This document shows positions 1-12,848 of a stretch of DNA of 64,000 nucleotides, piece by piece (the stretch's first letter is position 1; every line of letters begins with the position of its first letter). Source of the stretch: Blepharisma stoltei ATCC 30299 (taxonomy: Eukaryota; Protista; Ciliophora); assembly GCA_965603825.1 (NCBI GenBank), contig CBFDEM010000028.1, positions 310,001 to 374,000 of the forward strand, in the 5' to 3' direction. Made by a program: the position numbers and the translations under genes. Below the pieces are notes generated by a model. It was given only the letters and a program-made list of their open reading frames with translations, was not told the DNA's origin and did no database searches.

Positions 1-799
1 TTGTCAAGCTAAACGTTACAGTGCTTAATGGAGCTTTAAAAAGTTCCCCGAAGCTGCCTTTTTTGGTATTATTTTTTTCCATTAAATCTTTAATATCGAT
101 ATCAAAGCTGTCATTTCCATTGAATTTTGCAATCTAAATATCTGATACCTTGATCAGGACTTCCTTCATTTCTTCAATTTTTCCTTTATCATATAAGAAT
201 ACAGGTCCCTCTTCTAAGAAACTTCTGAGATAAATAAATATTCCATGCAGAATGGTAAATCCAATAGCAGCTGCTCTCCAATCAGTAATAGTAATAACTT
301 TAAAATACTCTATTGTCAATGCACAAGCATAAACAAAAGTAGCTCCAACATTCATAGAAACTGAAAGCAAAGCTAAGTATTTTCTGCTCGAATTTGGAAT
401 ACTTTCCATAAGCAAAGAGTTAGTTATTGACATATCAAGTCCGCAGCCAAGTCCTATAATGAATAAGGATAGAAGTAATGATAAAAATGTATGTGACAAG
501 GTTAAAGCAATTAAGCCTAGCATCATGATATAGCATCCTTTCTTAAATAGAACTATTCTGCCTGATTTATCAGCTTTACGGCCAGAGTAGCCTGCAGCTA
601 GAAGAAGCCCAAGATTTAAAATGGATCCTAAAACTCCTTTATTAGCATTTGTGAGATCTGGAAATTGGGTGATGATAAGAGATATAAGCATTGAGGAACC
701 AATACCAGTAGCAACTGCTTCACAGCTGCATAAAAATATCAGTTTTTGATATCTGCCCCAGCCTATTCTTTCAAGACATGTTTCTGCGACGTTTGCCAT
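1..799 (-). CDS. MFS transporter (SV2/SVOP-like), 3' end runs off the window
   Basis: N-terminal 'LERIGWGRYQ', MFS motif A-like 'GRKADKSGRI', multiple TM segments. A 15-nt intron at 134-148 (GTATCAGATATTTAG) removes the ORF-track stop and the frame continues IAKFNGNDSF... Confidence 0.85.
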
Positions 800-1045
800 T
801 TTAATTTTTTAAACTATGAAACATTAGAAATAATAGAAAAAGCTTTTCGTTTTAAAAATCTGTATAAGGATCTTAATCATTCCCAAAAATTTTTTTGTAT
901 GTTACGAAATAAAAAGTTTCCTTTGAGATTATTTCTGATAAAAAATATATTTATTTGCAAATTTTAAAGAATTTTGGTAGCCTTTATTTTAATTCTTAAT
1001 TTTTGAATGCAAAAGATTGATATTTTTATAAATTAATAAAATTAA

Positions 1046-1384
1046 ATGAACGCTCCAGAGCTACATGAGCTTTTTACTTTACCTCAAGGAAAGAATAAGG
1101 TAGAGTACGAAGAAGACTCAAGAATCGAGTTCGCAGGGACTTTTACAGTTCACTTAGAAGACCACACTCTAGGAAACATTATAAGGATGCAGCTTCTTCA
1201 AGACGACAGAGTCCGGTTTGCAGGCTATAAAGCTCCTCATCCTTTAGAACAAAGAATCCAAGTCAAAATCCAAACAGACGGCCAGATTTCTCCACATGAA
1301 GCATTAATGAATAGCTTAGAAAGTCTGAAAATCACGTTTAAAGGACTACAAGATCAGTTTGAAAAGCAAGCAAAGTCAATTTAA
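1046..1384 (+). CDS. RPB11: DNA-directed RNA polymerase II subunit RPB11
   Basis: MNAP start, 'EDHTLGNIIRMQLL', 'FAGYKAPHPLE'. Confidence 0.97.
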   Translation: MNAPELHELFTLPQGKNKVEYEEDSRIEFAGTFTVHLEDHTLGNIIRMQLLQDDRVRFAGYKAPHPLEQRIQVKIQTDGQISPHEALMNSLESLKITFKGLQDQFEKQAKSI

Positions 1385-1491
1385 TAACATGGATTTTAGT
1401 AAGAAATAGGAAATTACTAGGCTATAACACACAATTTTAAGAAACCTTGCTATTAAACTCTTTTGATAAAATATGCAGAAATAGATAAAAA

Positions 1492-2790
1492 ATGAATGAC
1501 TCTCAAGAACTAGCTGATAATATCGAGCAATGAAAGGTCAAAAGATTAATTCAAAGCCTTGATAAATGCCGAGGACTTGGCACTTCTCTTATTACACTTA
1601 TAATTCCTCCTACCGAGCAGCTATCATTTGCTAGCAGGATGGTTAATGATGAATGCAACTCTGCGACTTCAATTAAATCAAGAAATATGCGCCAGTCAAC
1701 TCTGAGTGCCTTAACTTCAATAAGAGAAAGACTCAAGCTATATGGAAACAAGATGCCAAAAAATGGACTCGCAATCTTCTGTGGGGAAATTCTTAATGAA
1801 AAAGACATCATTGAAAAGAAAGTGACGATTGATATTCAGCCATTTAGACCTATAAACACAAAAATTTATATCTGTGACAATAAATTCCATACAGAAGCTT
1901 TAAAAGACTTGCTAGTAATGGAGGAGAAGTATGGATTTATAATTATTGATGGAAACGGTACACTTTTCGGCACTTTGCAAGGAAACACAAAAGATATTCT
2001 TAACCAATTTTCAGTCGATTTACCAAAAAAATATAGAAAAGGAGGTCAATCTTCAACGAGGTACGCAAGGCTGAGGCTAGAAGCAAGATACAATTATTTA
2101 AAAAAAATTGCAGAGCAAGCTGCTGTGCAGTTTATAACAAATGAAAAAATAAATGTGGCTGGACTTGTTCTTGGAGTAAGTGCTGATTTTAAGAAAGATT
2201 TATCAGAGAGTGAGTTATTTGATGAAAGGTTGCAGTCAAAAATCGTAAAAATTGTTGATATTGCATATGGAGGGCAAAATGGCTTTGAGCAGGCAATTGA
2301 GCTATCAGCAGTAACTCTGAATAATGCTAAGTTTATCCGAGAAAAGACTGTTCTTACTAAATTTTTTGAAGAAATTACACAGGATACTAAAAAATTTTGT
2401 TATGGAGTAGAGAATACTATGAAAGCTCTTATGATGGGTGCTTGTGAAAAAGTAATACTATATGAGAACTTAAGCATAATACGCACGATGCTAAGAAATT
2501 CTGAAACAGGCGCTGAAGAAGTCGAATATTGTGACCGAGAAGATGAAATAAGCACAGTGAATGAAGATGGAGAGAAACTTGAAGTAGCTGAGCAAGGAAC
2601 ATTATCAGAATGGCTTGTTGACAATTACATAATGTATGGGACAGAGTTAGAGCTAGTCACTGATAATAGCCAAGAAGGGAGCCAATTTTCCAGAGCTTTT
2701 GAAGGAATTGGAGCATTTTTAAGGTATCAGTTGGATGAGTCAGAAGGAGAAAGTGAAGAGGAAGAAGAATGGGATGAAAATGCTGTGTAA
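1492..2790 (+). CDS. eRF1: eukaryotic peptide chain release factor 1 (divergent)
   Basis: ATG 1492 is in frame with ORF 1639 through TGA(Trp) 1531-1533: IEQ-W-KVKRLIQSL..GTSLITLIIPP. Also SIKS (NIKS-equivalent), YICDNKF and GGQS motifs. Confidence 0.95.
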
Positions 2791-2963
2791 TAAAACTTCA
2801 TCTCAAGATATTAAGTAAACATAAGCCATGCTTAAAAAATTAAGACCATTAAAATTTATTTTTTAAACTTGGCTAATACAATTATATAAGATACGAACTA
2901 ATGCATAAAGAAAAGTTAAAACTTATTATGTTAAATTTTAAAACTATAATTTTTCTCTGCGTT

Positions 2964-4136
2964 TTAAAGATACCTTATAGACCAAGAATCAGAACATTTC
3001 GATGTATCAACTTGATTAGTCGGAGAGGCATCAGCTCGGTTAATTGGAGATGCATCAAATGACAAATTATTTCTACATGAACTAGACTCATTAATATCAT
3101 TTGGTTGGGGCAATTGAAGAAAGTTGCGTGATGATTTAGAAATAAACTGCTGCAAGTCTACTTCAGAAAGAGTAGTACTTAAGTCGCTTATTTGGTCTTT
3201 TTGAGAATCAGATATAAAGTAGCCAGAAAGTTCAGCTGTTTGCAAAATTTTTTGGTATCTGCACTCTTTTAACTTTAAAAACCTAATTTCATTTTGGGCA
3301 AGATTCAGCGAAGCAGTTATTGTCTTATTTTCGTCCATGATTTTCTCGATTTCATCTGCTGTTAAGTTTCTATTTTTCCCACGAAAAGCAGAAAACTCTT
3401 CGTTTTTCAGAGATAAAGCCCTTAACAGATTTTTATTATTAGTTGTCTGATTTTCAATTCTTTTTTGTAGCCTTTTATTTTCTGCGATTTCTTTATTTAA
3501 TTTTTCTTCGTATTGTTTTAATTCATTCTCAATTTTACTCTTATATTGAGAAATAACATTATCAAATCCTTCTAAAATTTTCTTTAAAATTCCGCTATAA
3601 TGCTTGTCAATTTCAGTGATTTTCTCAAGCATTGCTCTATGAACTTGATAGTATTTATCATCATTTACTGAAATATTATTCAGTTCATTTGACAATTCAA
3701 GTTCCAGATGAGAAAGTTCCGTATGCCAATTTTCTTCATCGCTTTGGCTTTGTTTTTGCCGGATTTTGTAAGGTGATATTGTATTAGATTTATCAGGTTT
3801 TCTTGAAAATATCGGATTTTCACTTGAGGTATCTCTTCTCTTAAAAGTCTTTATTTTCTTTAAGCTTTTTTGATGATTTAAAGAATCAAGGACAATTGTG
3901 CGGCTTATTTTTGGTTTTTCGTCTAAATATGTAGTGGATTTTTTAACAAGGGACTCAGAAGTTATATTTTCTCCATCATTATTTGAGAGAGTTGGGAGGC
4001 TTGACTCATTAGTATAATGGTCATCTTTGGAGTATCCAAAAGATTTGTTCACAGTTGAAAATTTTTGGTGCGACTTTGAAAGCTGGCCATATGAATGGTT
4101 TTTCTGGTGGAGGTTTAGCTTAGGTCTCTGTTGCAT
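2964..4136 (-). CDS. hypothetical coiled-coil protein (possible TSNAXIP1_N-like segment)
   Basis: 390-aa ORF from first ATG 4136, central heptad region; weak resemblance of 'YQVHRAMLEKITEIDKHYSGILKKI' to the translin-associated factor X-interacting N-terminal domain. Confidence 0.65.
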   Translation of the reverse strand: MQQRPKLNLHQKNHSYGQLSKSHQKFSTVNKSFGYSKDDHYTNESSLPTLSNNDGENITSESLVKKSTTYLDEKPKISRTIVLDSLNHQKSLKKIKTFKRRDTSSENPIFSRKPDKSNTISPYKIRQKQSQSDEENWHTELSHLELELSNELNNISVNDDKYYQVHRAMLEKITEIDKHYSGILKKILEGFDNVISQYKSKIENELKQYEEKLNKEIAENKRLQKRIENQTTNNKNLLRALSLKNEEFSAFRGKNRNLTADEIEKIMDENKTITASLNLAQNEIRFLKLKECRYQKILQTAELSGYFISDSQKDQISDLSTTLSEVDLQQFISKSSRNFLQLPQPNDINESSSCRNNLSFDASPINRADASPTNQVDTSKCSDSWSIRYL

Positions 4137-4724
4137 CAGTTTCAAAATAAATTTTATAAAAACGGTTTAGAGGCTTAATATGATTGCTTATTGCTTTGTT
4201 AAAATTCATTAGCAGACAATCAGAATAAAGAAATTTGTCATGAATATTTTCTAAACTTAATAGTGTAAATTCTGCCATAATTATGGACAGAAGAAGTAGA
4301 ATGGAAGTAGCTTAAAGGACAAAAAATTAGCGAAATTAATAATATTTTTATTTAAAAAAATTTCTCAGTTTACTCATCATAAGCTGCCTTAGAATAAGTA
4401 TAAGCCTGCTCCTATTTTCCACATAATTAATTTATTTTTCTAAGTTGTTTCATTAAATTTGCATCTTTACCGGTTGCAAAATGCTATAAGTAGAAAATCT
4501 GTAGATTAGTTTTATTTATTTTACAGGAAGCATTCATCTGATTAATATTTAAGAAAATTAATGAATTATAAAGGGCTTTATAAACTAATTTTACTATTAA
4601 ATTTCGAATTATCCTCAAATTAAATATTTATTTTAAATTAATTAAATTTTTATTAAGGACCAATAAATTAAAAATACGTTAATGCCATAACAAGAATTTT
4701 CCATAGTTTTATAACTATTTTACA

Positions 4725-5576
4725 ATGGATAATACTTTTAAACTCTTTCGAAAGCCTCTTCAAGTTCGTAGTCAGACAGAAATCTTACGAACAAGCTATA
4801 TAGAATCTGAAGATGATTCCCCATCTCAGAAACCAAAAGGAATTTGAACCAAAATGCAAAATAGTGCTCGCTTAAAACTCCTTGCGGCAGGGTTTTTAAA
4901 AAGTGCTTTCCCTTCTCAAAATTTAAAAAAGCCCGATCAAATCCCTCACATCAAATATCGAAATAGTGTGTTTTTTCCCGAAGGGACACAAATTCTACTA
5001 GGAATCTGTCAAAGCCAAGACTTTAATAATCCTTTTCCTGATGAAAAAACTGAAAAGATTAGGCAAAGCTTTAATCCTGCATTTATAGAAATGATATGTA
5101 AAACGAATATAAGGAGAAGTAAAAGTAAATTGAGCAAGGTTTGGAATGAGGATGAGGAGGAAAGAGAGTTTCTGACGGAAAGGGAAAAAGTCATTAGCTG
5201 TATAACTGGCACAAAAACGCTTAAGCCAGAGGCCCAACCTAATGATACATCAGAAACAAATAATAGTGATAAAGAATCACTTCAAACACAAAAAGCAAAA
5301 AAAATATCAATCCGATATAAAAATACAAAAAAAGAAAATAATCCATCACTAATAAACCAGCTAAATCCTATTTCTTTGAAAGCAACCCCTTCTCCTCATT
5401 TCCCCATGATTAATCAATCATCAAAACGAGTTCTGCATAAATCACTCAGTTCAATCAACAATTTAAATGTTAATATAAAGCCAAAGAAGAAGCAGCCTGC
5501 AAAAGTCCGAGGAGCAAGGCCATACCATTCTCCCTATGAAAATATTTTAATCCCAATAACAACTCCAAAAAATTAA
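4725..5576 (+). CDS. hypothetical basic low-complexity protein
   Basis: ATG 4725 in frame with ORF 4854 via TGA(Trp) 4845-4847; ends TAA. Confidence 0.65.
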
Positions 5577-5784
5577 CTCTTTAAATTTTTAGCTAAATGA
5601 GTTATTAATTTTTCTTCCTATTTCTTTCAATATTCAGCCTAATAACATGCTTACGCCTATATAATAATTTTTTCACCAGCTTAATCTTATCCCTTCTATT
5701 TTTTATTTTTTCAAATCGTTAACTTGCACTTTTTAGTTTCTTTGCATTTACCAATCAAATAGTTAATAAATAGCGAGAAGTTGC

Positions 5785-6231
5785 ATGGCATTAATCAAAG
5801 AAATCAATAGCTTCGAGCTCCCCAACTTCTCGCACTCACACTCGTTAATTTCGAATGGCAGCACAAGAGAAAGCTTCGATGACATAGAAAGGTGCTGTTC
5901 GTTAGATTTCGATACAGAAAATTCGGAGATCCAATCACCAGAAATTTTTCCCACAATTATGATAATGCAGCTTTGCCAAAAGAAGGGAGTTCGTAAACCA
6001 AAGGAAGAACCTGGACTATTTCAACAACTTTCAAGCACACAGAAATCGAAAATTGAAAATTTAAATTATAAGTTAGATCTACTTATGAACGCATTGGAAG
6101 ATAGGTTTGAAGCAATTAACGTAAGAGATGATTGCTCACTCAAGCCAAAACCGATTGAACTCGCCACTCCTGGTAGCTCCTTCATCAGCAAAAGACGAGC
6201 GACATTACCATGCAACGTTTTAAGAGTTTAA
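5785..6231 (+). CDS. hypothetical protein
   Basis: 148-aa ORF, ATG to TAA, AT-rich flanks. Confidence 0.6.
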   Translation: MALIKEINSFELPNFSHSHSLISNGSTRESFDDIERCCSLDFDTENSEIQSPEIFPTIMIMQLCQKKGVRKPKEEPGLFQQLSSTQKSKIENLNYKLDLLMNALEDRFEAINVRDDCSLKPKPIELATPGSSFISKRRATLPCNVLRV

Positions 6232-6550
6232 TCTTAATAATACAGCTAAATAATGCTAAATTTTCGATTAAAATTGATTTTTTTGAGTTTTATTGTTTTA
6301 ATTGTGTAGAAAAAATTCTCTTTGATTTAATATTTTGATATCGGTAGATATTAGGACTTCTGCTAAAATCATGTTAGAAATTTATTGAAACCAAGAAACG
6401 TGACAATAAGAAGGCTAACAAATAAATCAAACTGTCTTTAATCATTAATAGCATAAAATCAGATAATTTTCGAGTAGAAAATTTGTAGATGACGACCATA
6501 AAAATTATTAGTTAAAGAAAACTTCATAATAAAAAATATTACAAATAAAT

Positions 6551-7444
6551 TTATCTTGTGCCGTACCTATAAATAGGCATCGAATTTAAAAGCTTTTCAG
6601 TTTTCTTGTTAAATGAAGGTGTGGCAAATTTCCATATATTTCTTTTGCCTAATCCTGCAATAAAAGTTGTTATATTGTCCTCTTCTTCTCTAATAGATTT
6701 CCCCGATTTTCTCATCCTTTCATCGGCTCCTTTATTATAATTTTTTACGTCCTTCATGCCTTCAGGATCTTTTTCTCCATACTCCATTTTGGTATTTTCA
6801 TCAAATTCTTTGACTCATTCTTTGGCACTCTGAATCTCGCCAAAGTCAGTGATGCTTTTATTGGCTATTTTGCTATACTCCTCACAATGAGATCTTAAAC
6901 TTTCACAGGATTCTAGTCTTTTTCTTAACGTCTCAATGCTAGATTTTGATTTATAAACAGACCTCAAAAATGAATACCCAGAGAGCTTTAATTTTGGACA
7001 AAGGTCAATAGAATAGTCTCGTGATTCTAAATTATCAGAAAATGATGCAAGCTGCCTTCGTGTGGTCCCACCCTTTTTCCTATTAGGATACACAGTTGAT
7101 GACCTCGGCTTCATTAGCTTCATACGGTTCGAATCCAAATTTTCTAATTGTCCTATCAATTGGCTTGGTGTCTTATTATGCATGGTATTGCTTTTCAAAG
7201 GCACATCATTTCTGATTTTTTCTATTTCTTTTGATATGCTGCTGTCAAATTCTCGTTTCCTTATCGTCAGGTCATTTTTAGCTTTTTCGATATTGTGAAG
7301 TGATACTTTTGAAGTTAATGAGGAATTTACAGGATTTAATCCTTTTTGCATAAGTTTTATTTTACTTGCGATTTTGATCTTCAGCTCTTCTCCAGTCACC
7401 CTTTTTCCACCATAATCAAGAGAAATGGACCTTATATGAGACAT
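6551..7444 (-). CDS. hypothetical protein
   Basis: ORFs 6815-7444 and 6551-6787 are in frame and joined through TGA(Trp) at 6815-6817 (SAKE-W-VKEFDENTKMEY). Confidence 0.7.
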
Positions 7445-7503
7445 AATTACTATAATCTTTTAACTTTATCCAATTAGCCTTTTCCTTCAAATATTCATTT
7501 AAA

Positions 7504-8676
7504 ATGGTCGAACCAGAGGAATCTGAAACTCCAGGGCAATCTTCTGAATCTCTAGATGCTGGTGTGCTAATGGAAGAAATCGTTGACACCTTAAAACTCA
7601 TCAATTACGAAGAATCTTTTCTATCTACCAAAGGCTTCAAACCTCTGACAAGGGCACAATTTTCACTACCAGGGGCAAATCCTTCAGAGCAGTTTATTTA
7701 TTTTACAGCCTTAGCCAGCTGACTTTTACAAATAAACGGTTCACAAGCCAGCTTCAATAAATACGATGACCCATCTACAGTTGCTAATAGCATTATTGTC
7801 GAGATGAAGAAGCTCGGCATTGACTTAGACTTCCCGCCAGGCAAGCTAAGAGGAGGGCATGGAGAAGGACCCTGCCTTGTCCTTTTGGCGCTAGCCAAAA
7901 AAGCATTGCAAGCCAAAAAGTTTAAATTTGGGAAGCCGATTTTTCCTAAAGAAAATGAAATGGAAGGGGAAGTTATAGAAGATGATGAAGAAGGAGAAAT
8001 CGTAGACGAGGCTATACAAGAGGAAGAGGAAGAAGCAGTCTTTGCAGAGGTCGCAGCTGGGCAGCCAGTAAACCAAGCAGAAGAAGAAGGTCTTAAGCAT
8101 AACGCTCCTGTATGGTCATCGATTGATCCTAATGAGTGGCTTCTTGAAGTAGAAAGGGTTGCTCCCCGTCTTAAGCTTCCATTAGACCCTACAGGAGGCG
8201 ATATTCGTGAATGGAGGGCCCATTTAGAACAAACAAAGCAGCTTAAAGAAAATATAGAAAAAGACCTCCCTGATGTAGAGTTAAAACTTCGGAAAATTGC
8301 TGACGACCTTTCTAAAGCAGTAGAGCGTATAGGTTCGCAAGAAAAAAAAATCAATCTTTCTATGGGAGAAATCGCAGGGGACTATAGAAATCAAGCTAAC
8401 CAATTAAACGAGGTCACGACAAGATACAAGCAAGCCAACGAAAACGTTGCAGAGCTTTCTTCACACTATCAACATCTTGGTGAGAAAATTGAAGAAATTC
8501 AACAAAAAATAGAAACTCAGGGAAAAATGGTTACTAATATTTCACCCCTTCAGGCTATCAAAGAAGGATTGAAATTGCTAAAAGTTGAAGGAAAAGATAT
8601 GGAGTTAAGGTCGGCGGTTTTATCACATGCACTATTCCAGTCAAAACTGAAAGAAAAGTCTACGAATGATGCATAA
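7504..8676 (+). CDS. IFT57: intraflagellar transport protein 57
   Basis: 'LKLINYE', 'NPSEQFIYFTALAS-W(TGA 7720)-LL', 'YDDP', 'KLRGGHGEGPCLVL', 'EWLLEVERVAPRLK', 'EWRAHLEQ', C-terminal coiled coil. Confidence 0.93.
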
Positions 8677-8705
8677 TTTCTAAATAATAAAGAAAAAAGT
8701 CATTT

Positions 8706-10442
8706 TTATCTTATTATACAATAAAACTCTTGGATTTCTTGTAAAATTTCTTGGATTGTAGGCCGATTGATGGGATCTTGATCCCAGCATTTTTCTATAA
8801 GCCCAGTTAGCTGGGTGTTCTGACTCATTTCAGGCCGCTTATTCTAAATATAATTTACCAGGTGCGCAATTTGATACATAATCTGTATAGGTTGTAGGTC
8901 ATTAAAAGGACGTCTTCTATTTAACAATTCCCATAAAAGCATTCCGAAGGCGAAAATGTCACTTTTTAAGGAATATTTGTGTTCAGTGATAATTTCTGGA
9001 GCAACGTAAGGATAGGTTCCATAGGCACCTGAGTCTCTTATAGTATTTTCTTTTACCCTTGCCAGGCCAAAATCACAAATCTTTACTCTACAATGGGAAT
9101 CTACAAGACAGTTGCCTGGCTTTAAGTCTCTATGTACAATAGGAGGCTTGCAAGTATGTAAAAATAATAATCCTCTAGCAATATCAACTGCCATCCCTAC
9201 AAGCTGAGATAAGGAGAGAGGCTCGTGGGTTTCATGCAATAAATGGGACAATGAGCCTTGGGAGATATATTCAGTCATTATAATAGGAGGATTCATGCAA
9301 GCTCCCATAAAGAGGACTATATTAGGATGTCGTATATTTTTCAAAACTTCTAATTCAGTCAGAAATTCAGCAGTATCAGCCAAACTAAATTTCTTTAACG
9401 CAATTTCTGTACTTCTTCAAATCCCTTTGCTTACTTCTCCATACTGCCCTCTTCCTATAACTTCCAAAACTTTTATTTCGCTGCTATCAATGATACCTTC
9501 AATTTTCTTATTGCTTGTCAACGAAGCAATTTTTGTTTCCAGCTCACTTATTCTTTTTTTCAGCGAGGAAATTGTATCAAGAGTCTCGACTTCTCCGACA
9601 GAATTTGACTTTTTTACTGGCTTTGGATCTTCTGGAGACTTTTCTTCTTCAGCTTGAATATTTGGTGAATGGTGGGTTTGCTCCTTATAAATTTTGCTAA
9701 TAAATTGCCAAAAACTTGGCCTTCCGACTTCTCTTGCAAGTCTTAAATCAATGTCACGAACCCTTGCTCCAGCTTCGATTATTTTTTGTATTGATTCTAT
9801 TCTTATATGTCTTATTGCGATTGTCAAAGGAGTTTCATCTCGGTGGTTTCTTGGATCAATTATAGCGCCATTAGCTATTAAGAGTTCTAAAATTTTTGGA
9901 TGATTTGCACGGCAGGCTTTGTGAACTGCTCGATCCCCATTTGAATCTTCCACTTCAATGTCGCTGCCATTCAAAATCAGTTTTTTAACAAAATTTTCTA
10001 GTCCTAAGTCTACAGCCAAGTGCAAAGGGCTTTCACGCTCATTATTTAGCAGCTTCAGAGAAAATCCATGGCGAATAAATTCGTCCAGAATATTTTCATG
10101 TTCTCCTTCAACAGTTCTATGTATTGGATAAGCCCCTTCTCTGTTTTCTTTTATTTCAGGATTTGCTCCGTATTCCAGCAAAGCTCTAAAGATATCTAAA
10201 TTTCCATAAAAGCATGCCAAATGCAAAGGAGTTTCACCATAAGAATTTTGAGTATTCGGAGGAGTATCGCTTGATGCTAAAATATAACGAGTTAAGTCTT
10301 GATTTTGATTTTTTACTGAAATATGCAAAATAGTATCAGAATTCTCTCCAAGTTTCATTTGATTTCAGTTTCTATTCTGCCGAAGCCATGAGGAGATTAA
10401 AGCTAAATTTCCTCCTTGAATTAATTTAATGATGTCTCCCAT
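8706..10442 (-). CDS. ankyrin-repeat tyrosine-kinase-like (TKL) protein kinase
   Basis: Five to six ankyrin repeats (TPLHLA, SPLHLA), GRGQYG loop, KGI-W(TGA 9417)-RSTEIALK, HRDLKPGN, DFG, APE. TGA also at 10365; 15-nt intron 8844-8858; C-terminal 'CWDQDPINRP'. Confidence 0.92.
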
Positions 10443-10470
10443 TTATAATAAATTTATTCATATATTTTCA

Positions 10471-11355
10471 TTATCGAAATTTCTTCTTAAGCTCAGATAT
10501 CTCTACCTTTCTTTCCCTATCTATTTGTTTCATAACTTCATCGATTTCTCTCTGCATATCTTTTTCTAATTGATTCAGCACCATTGCAATTGTATCTAAA
10601 TAAATAGTACCATTATGGCCCATCATGTTTACTTCGTTGATTTCTTCTCGGTATTTATTTTTAATCGTCTGGATTCGATTGACCTTTTCGTCAACGTATT
10701 TTTCCATAATTTTTTCAATTTCTTCCTGGTATTTTTCGAACTTTGTTTCCGTTGTAATTTTCATAACATTTTCAACAGTCTGGGATCTTGTTCTGGATCC
10801 AGGAGTGCTATGTATTGTTGCTTGTTTTTTCCTAGCTTTAAGCCTGTTCTCTAAGTTGGTGCCTTCTTGATGTCGTAGCATTTCGCATATTTTGAAACTT
10901 ATGGATGAACTTGTATGCATATGTTCTTTTATAGCCTGGGCTGCATCTCTTTTGGTTTCTTTTGCAGGTTCTTCATTTAGACTAAGATCTGTTGATTTTG
11001 ATCTCATATTTGAAGAAGCTTCTACCGGGATGTCTTCAAAATTAATTTCATTCTCATTTTTCTTAGAAACTTTGTCATTAACAGCAGACACGTAATCGTC
11101 TCTTGATAATAGTTTCTGAAGCCTTTCTTTGTAATGAATAAATCGATCATCCATGATAGATCCATAATATTCAACGGCAGCCTAAATGAAATATACGGAA
11201 TAAAGCTCAATGAGCTTTGATACATTTTGTGCAGTGCAATTATGCTCTAATTCGCATTCTAAATTAAAAACTTGATCAGAAAAATGCTGAGGAAGTTTTG
11301 GAGATTCTAATTCTTCATTTATCTCAGTTTGTCGTTGATGGTTTTTTCTTGACAT
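10471..11355 (-). CDS. hypothetical coiled-coil protein
   Basis: ATG 11355; 15-nt intron 11182-11196 joins to ORF 11154; probable second stop-free intron 10596-10610. Confidence 0.75.
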
Positions 11356-11625
11356 AATTTAATAAATCAGCATAGTAATAAAATAATTGTTTTTATTAGA
11401 TATTTCAAAAAAATATTAAATAATTCTTAGTCTAAGCTACAATTTTCGATTTTATCTTATTTGAATAGTCTTAATTGGTTCTTTTATGTTCAAAGTCTAA
11501 AATATATTTTATTAAAATTTAAAGATTTTATAAGTTTTATGAAATTTATAAATCACTATTCCTCTACGTGTTCATATTTAAATTTTTTTCACAAATCCAC
11601 GTATATAAAACTAAAGATAGATAAA

Positions 11626-12699
11626 ATGGAATTTTCGAATCGCAAGCTAAGCCGCACTGATAAATCTTTATTATCTGATATAGTTACCAAAATCTATCAA
11701 CTTGAACACACAATTTGACTAGGGCTTCTATTGTGCTTAAATTCTCTATTAAATATTTTTACAATTCTTCCATTAAACACAATTCAGAATCCAAAATTTT
11801 CTAACACTTTTAGATGCTTATTGATCTTAACAGTCTCTGTTTTATTATCATATTTTTATCCTGCATCAAGGCTATATCATGATTTAAAAGAACAAGATTT
11901 TGTAAAACTGAGTGCTCTTTATAATATGGTAGGAATCGCAGACCAGCTACTTATGGCATATGGGAAATTTGCGATAAAGACTTTGTTTGCGTCTTCTTGG
12001 AAAATGGGAACAAAAATCACGAACTTTTTGGTCACATTGATATATTTATTTCTACACACTCTACATCAAAATATAGCTTTAACTGTATTTGAAGTGGCAA
12101 TCCATTCCAGCACTTCCACACTGGTTTTAGTGCTTGTTACATCCGCATTTGTGGAGGTAAAAATTACAGTATTTAAAAAAACAGATCATAGAGCTCTGTA
12201 TCAAATTGTGTGCAATGATTTTATTGATAGATTGCAGCTCTTTACATATTTGCTTACTATTTTAATAAAAGCAATGATTGTGAGTCGATCAAATATTTAT
12301 CATATTATGACCGGGATATTACTTGTATCTATAGATTCAATTATGATTGATTGGATAAAGCATTATTTTATTTTGCATTTTAATAAAATTAGTCCTGAAG
12401 TTTATGAAGAATTTAGAAAGAAAAACATGAGGGAAAATTTTTTGTTAATCCAAAATGAGAACTATCATATAGATTATGAAGAAATGGTGCCGAACTGTCT
12501 TGATGCGTGCTCATCAGTGGCGCTTGCTTATCGATACACAGCTCTTCCACATGCATGCATGGTAAATTATATGTAGTTACTTCGAGTTTTTGGAGGTGAT
12601 ATATACCAGACTCTCTCATGTCTTGAAATTGGCCTAGCTATGGGAGGTTTATATTTAGTTAAATGCATAGTTACAAGCATCATTCAGCTCCTTATTTAA
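11626..12699 (+). CDS. TAPT1: TAPT1/Emp65 (DUF747) ER membrane protein
   Basis: 'GLLLCLNSLLNIFTILP', 'SRLYHDLKEQDFVKLSALYNM', 'FVEVKITVFKK', 'IDWIKHYFILHFN'. TGA(Trp) 11716; intron 12562-12576. Confidence 0.88.
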
Positions 12700-12848
12700 T
12701 TTCATAAGCTATTTGATCATCATACAATTTAACTAAAACTGATTGTACGACTATCAAATATTGTTAATTAATTTGTAAAAGCAAAAATTGGAACACTGCC
12801 CATTTACATATTATATTAATAAGAAAATAAGTTAAAATAATGCAATAT

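Noticed and set aside
7698-8354. Long antisense ORFs in the track (e.g. 7698-8354, 9295-9657, 35905-36246, 52592-52933)
   Set aside because: They are Ser/Phe/Leu-rich shadows of Glu/Lys-rich genes on the opposite strand.
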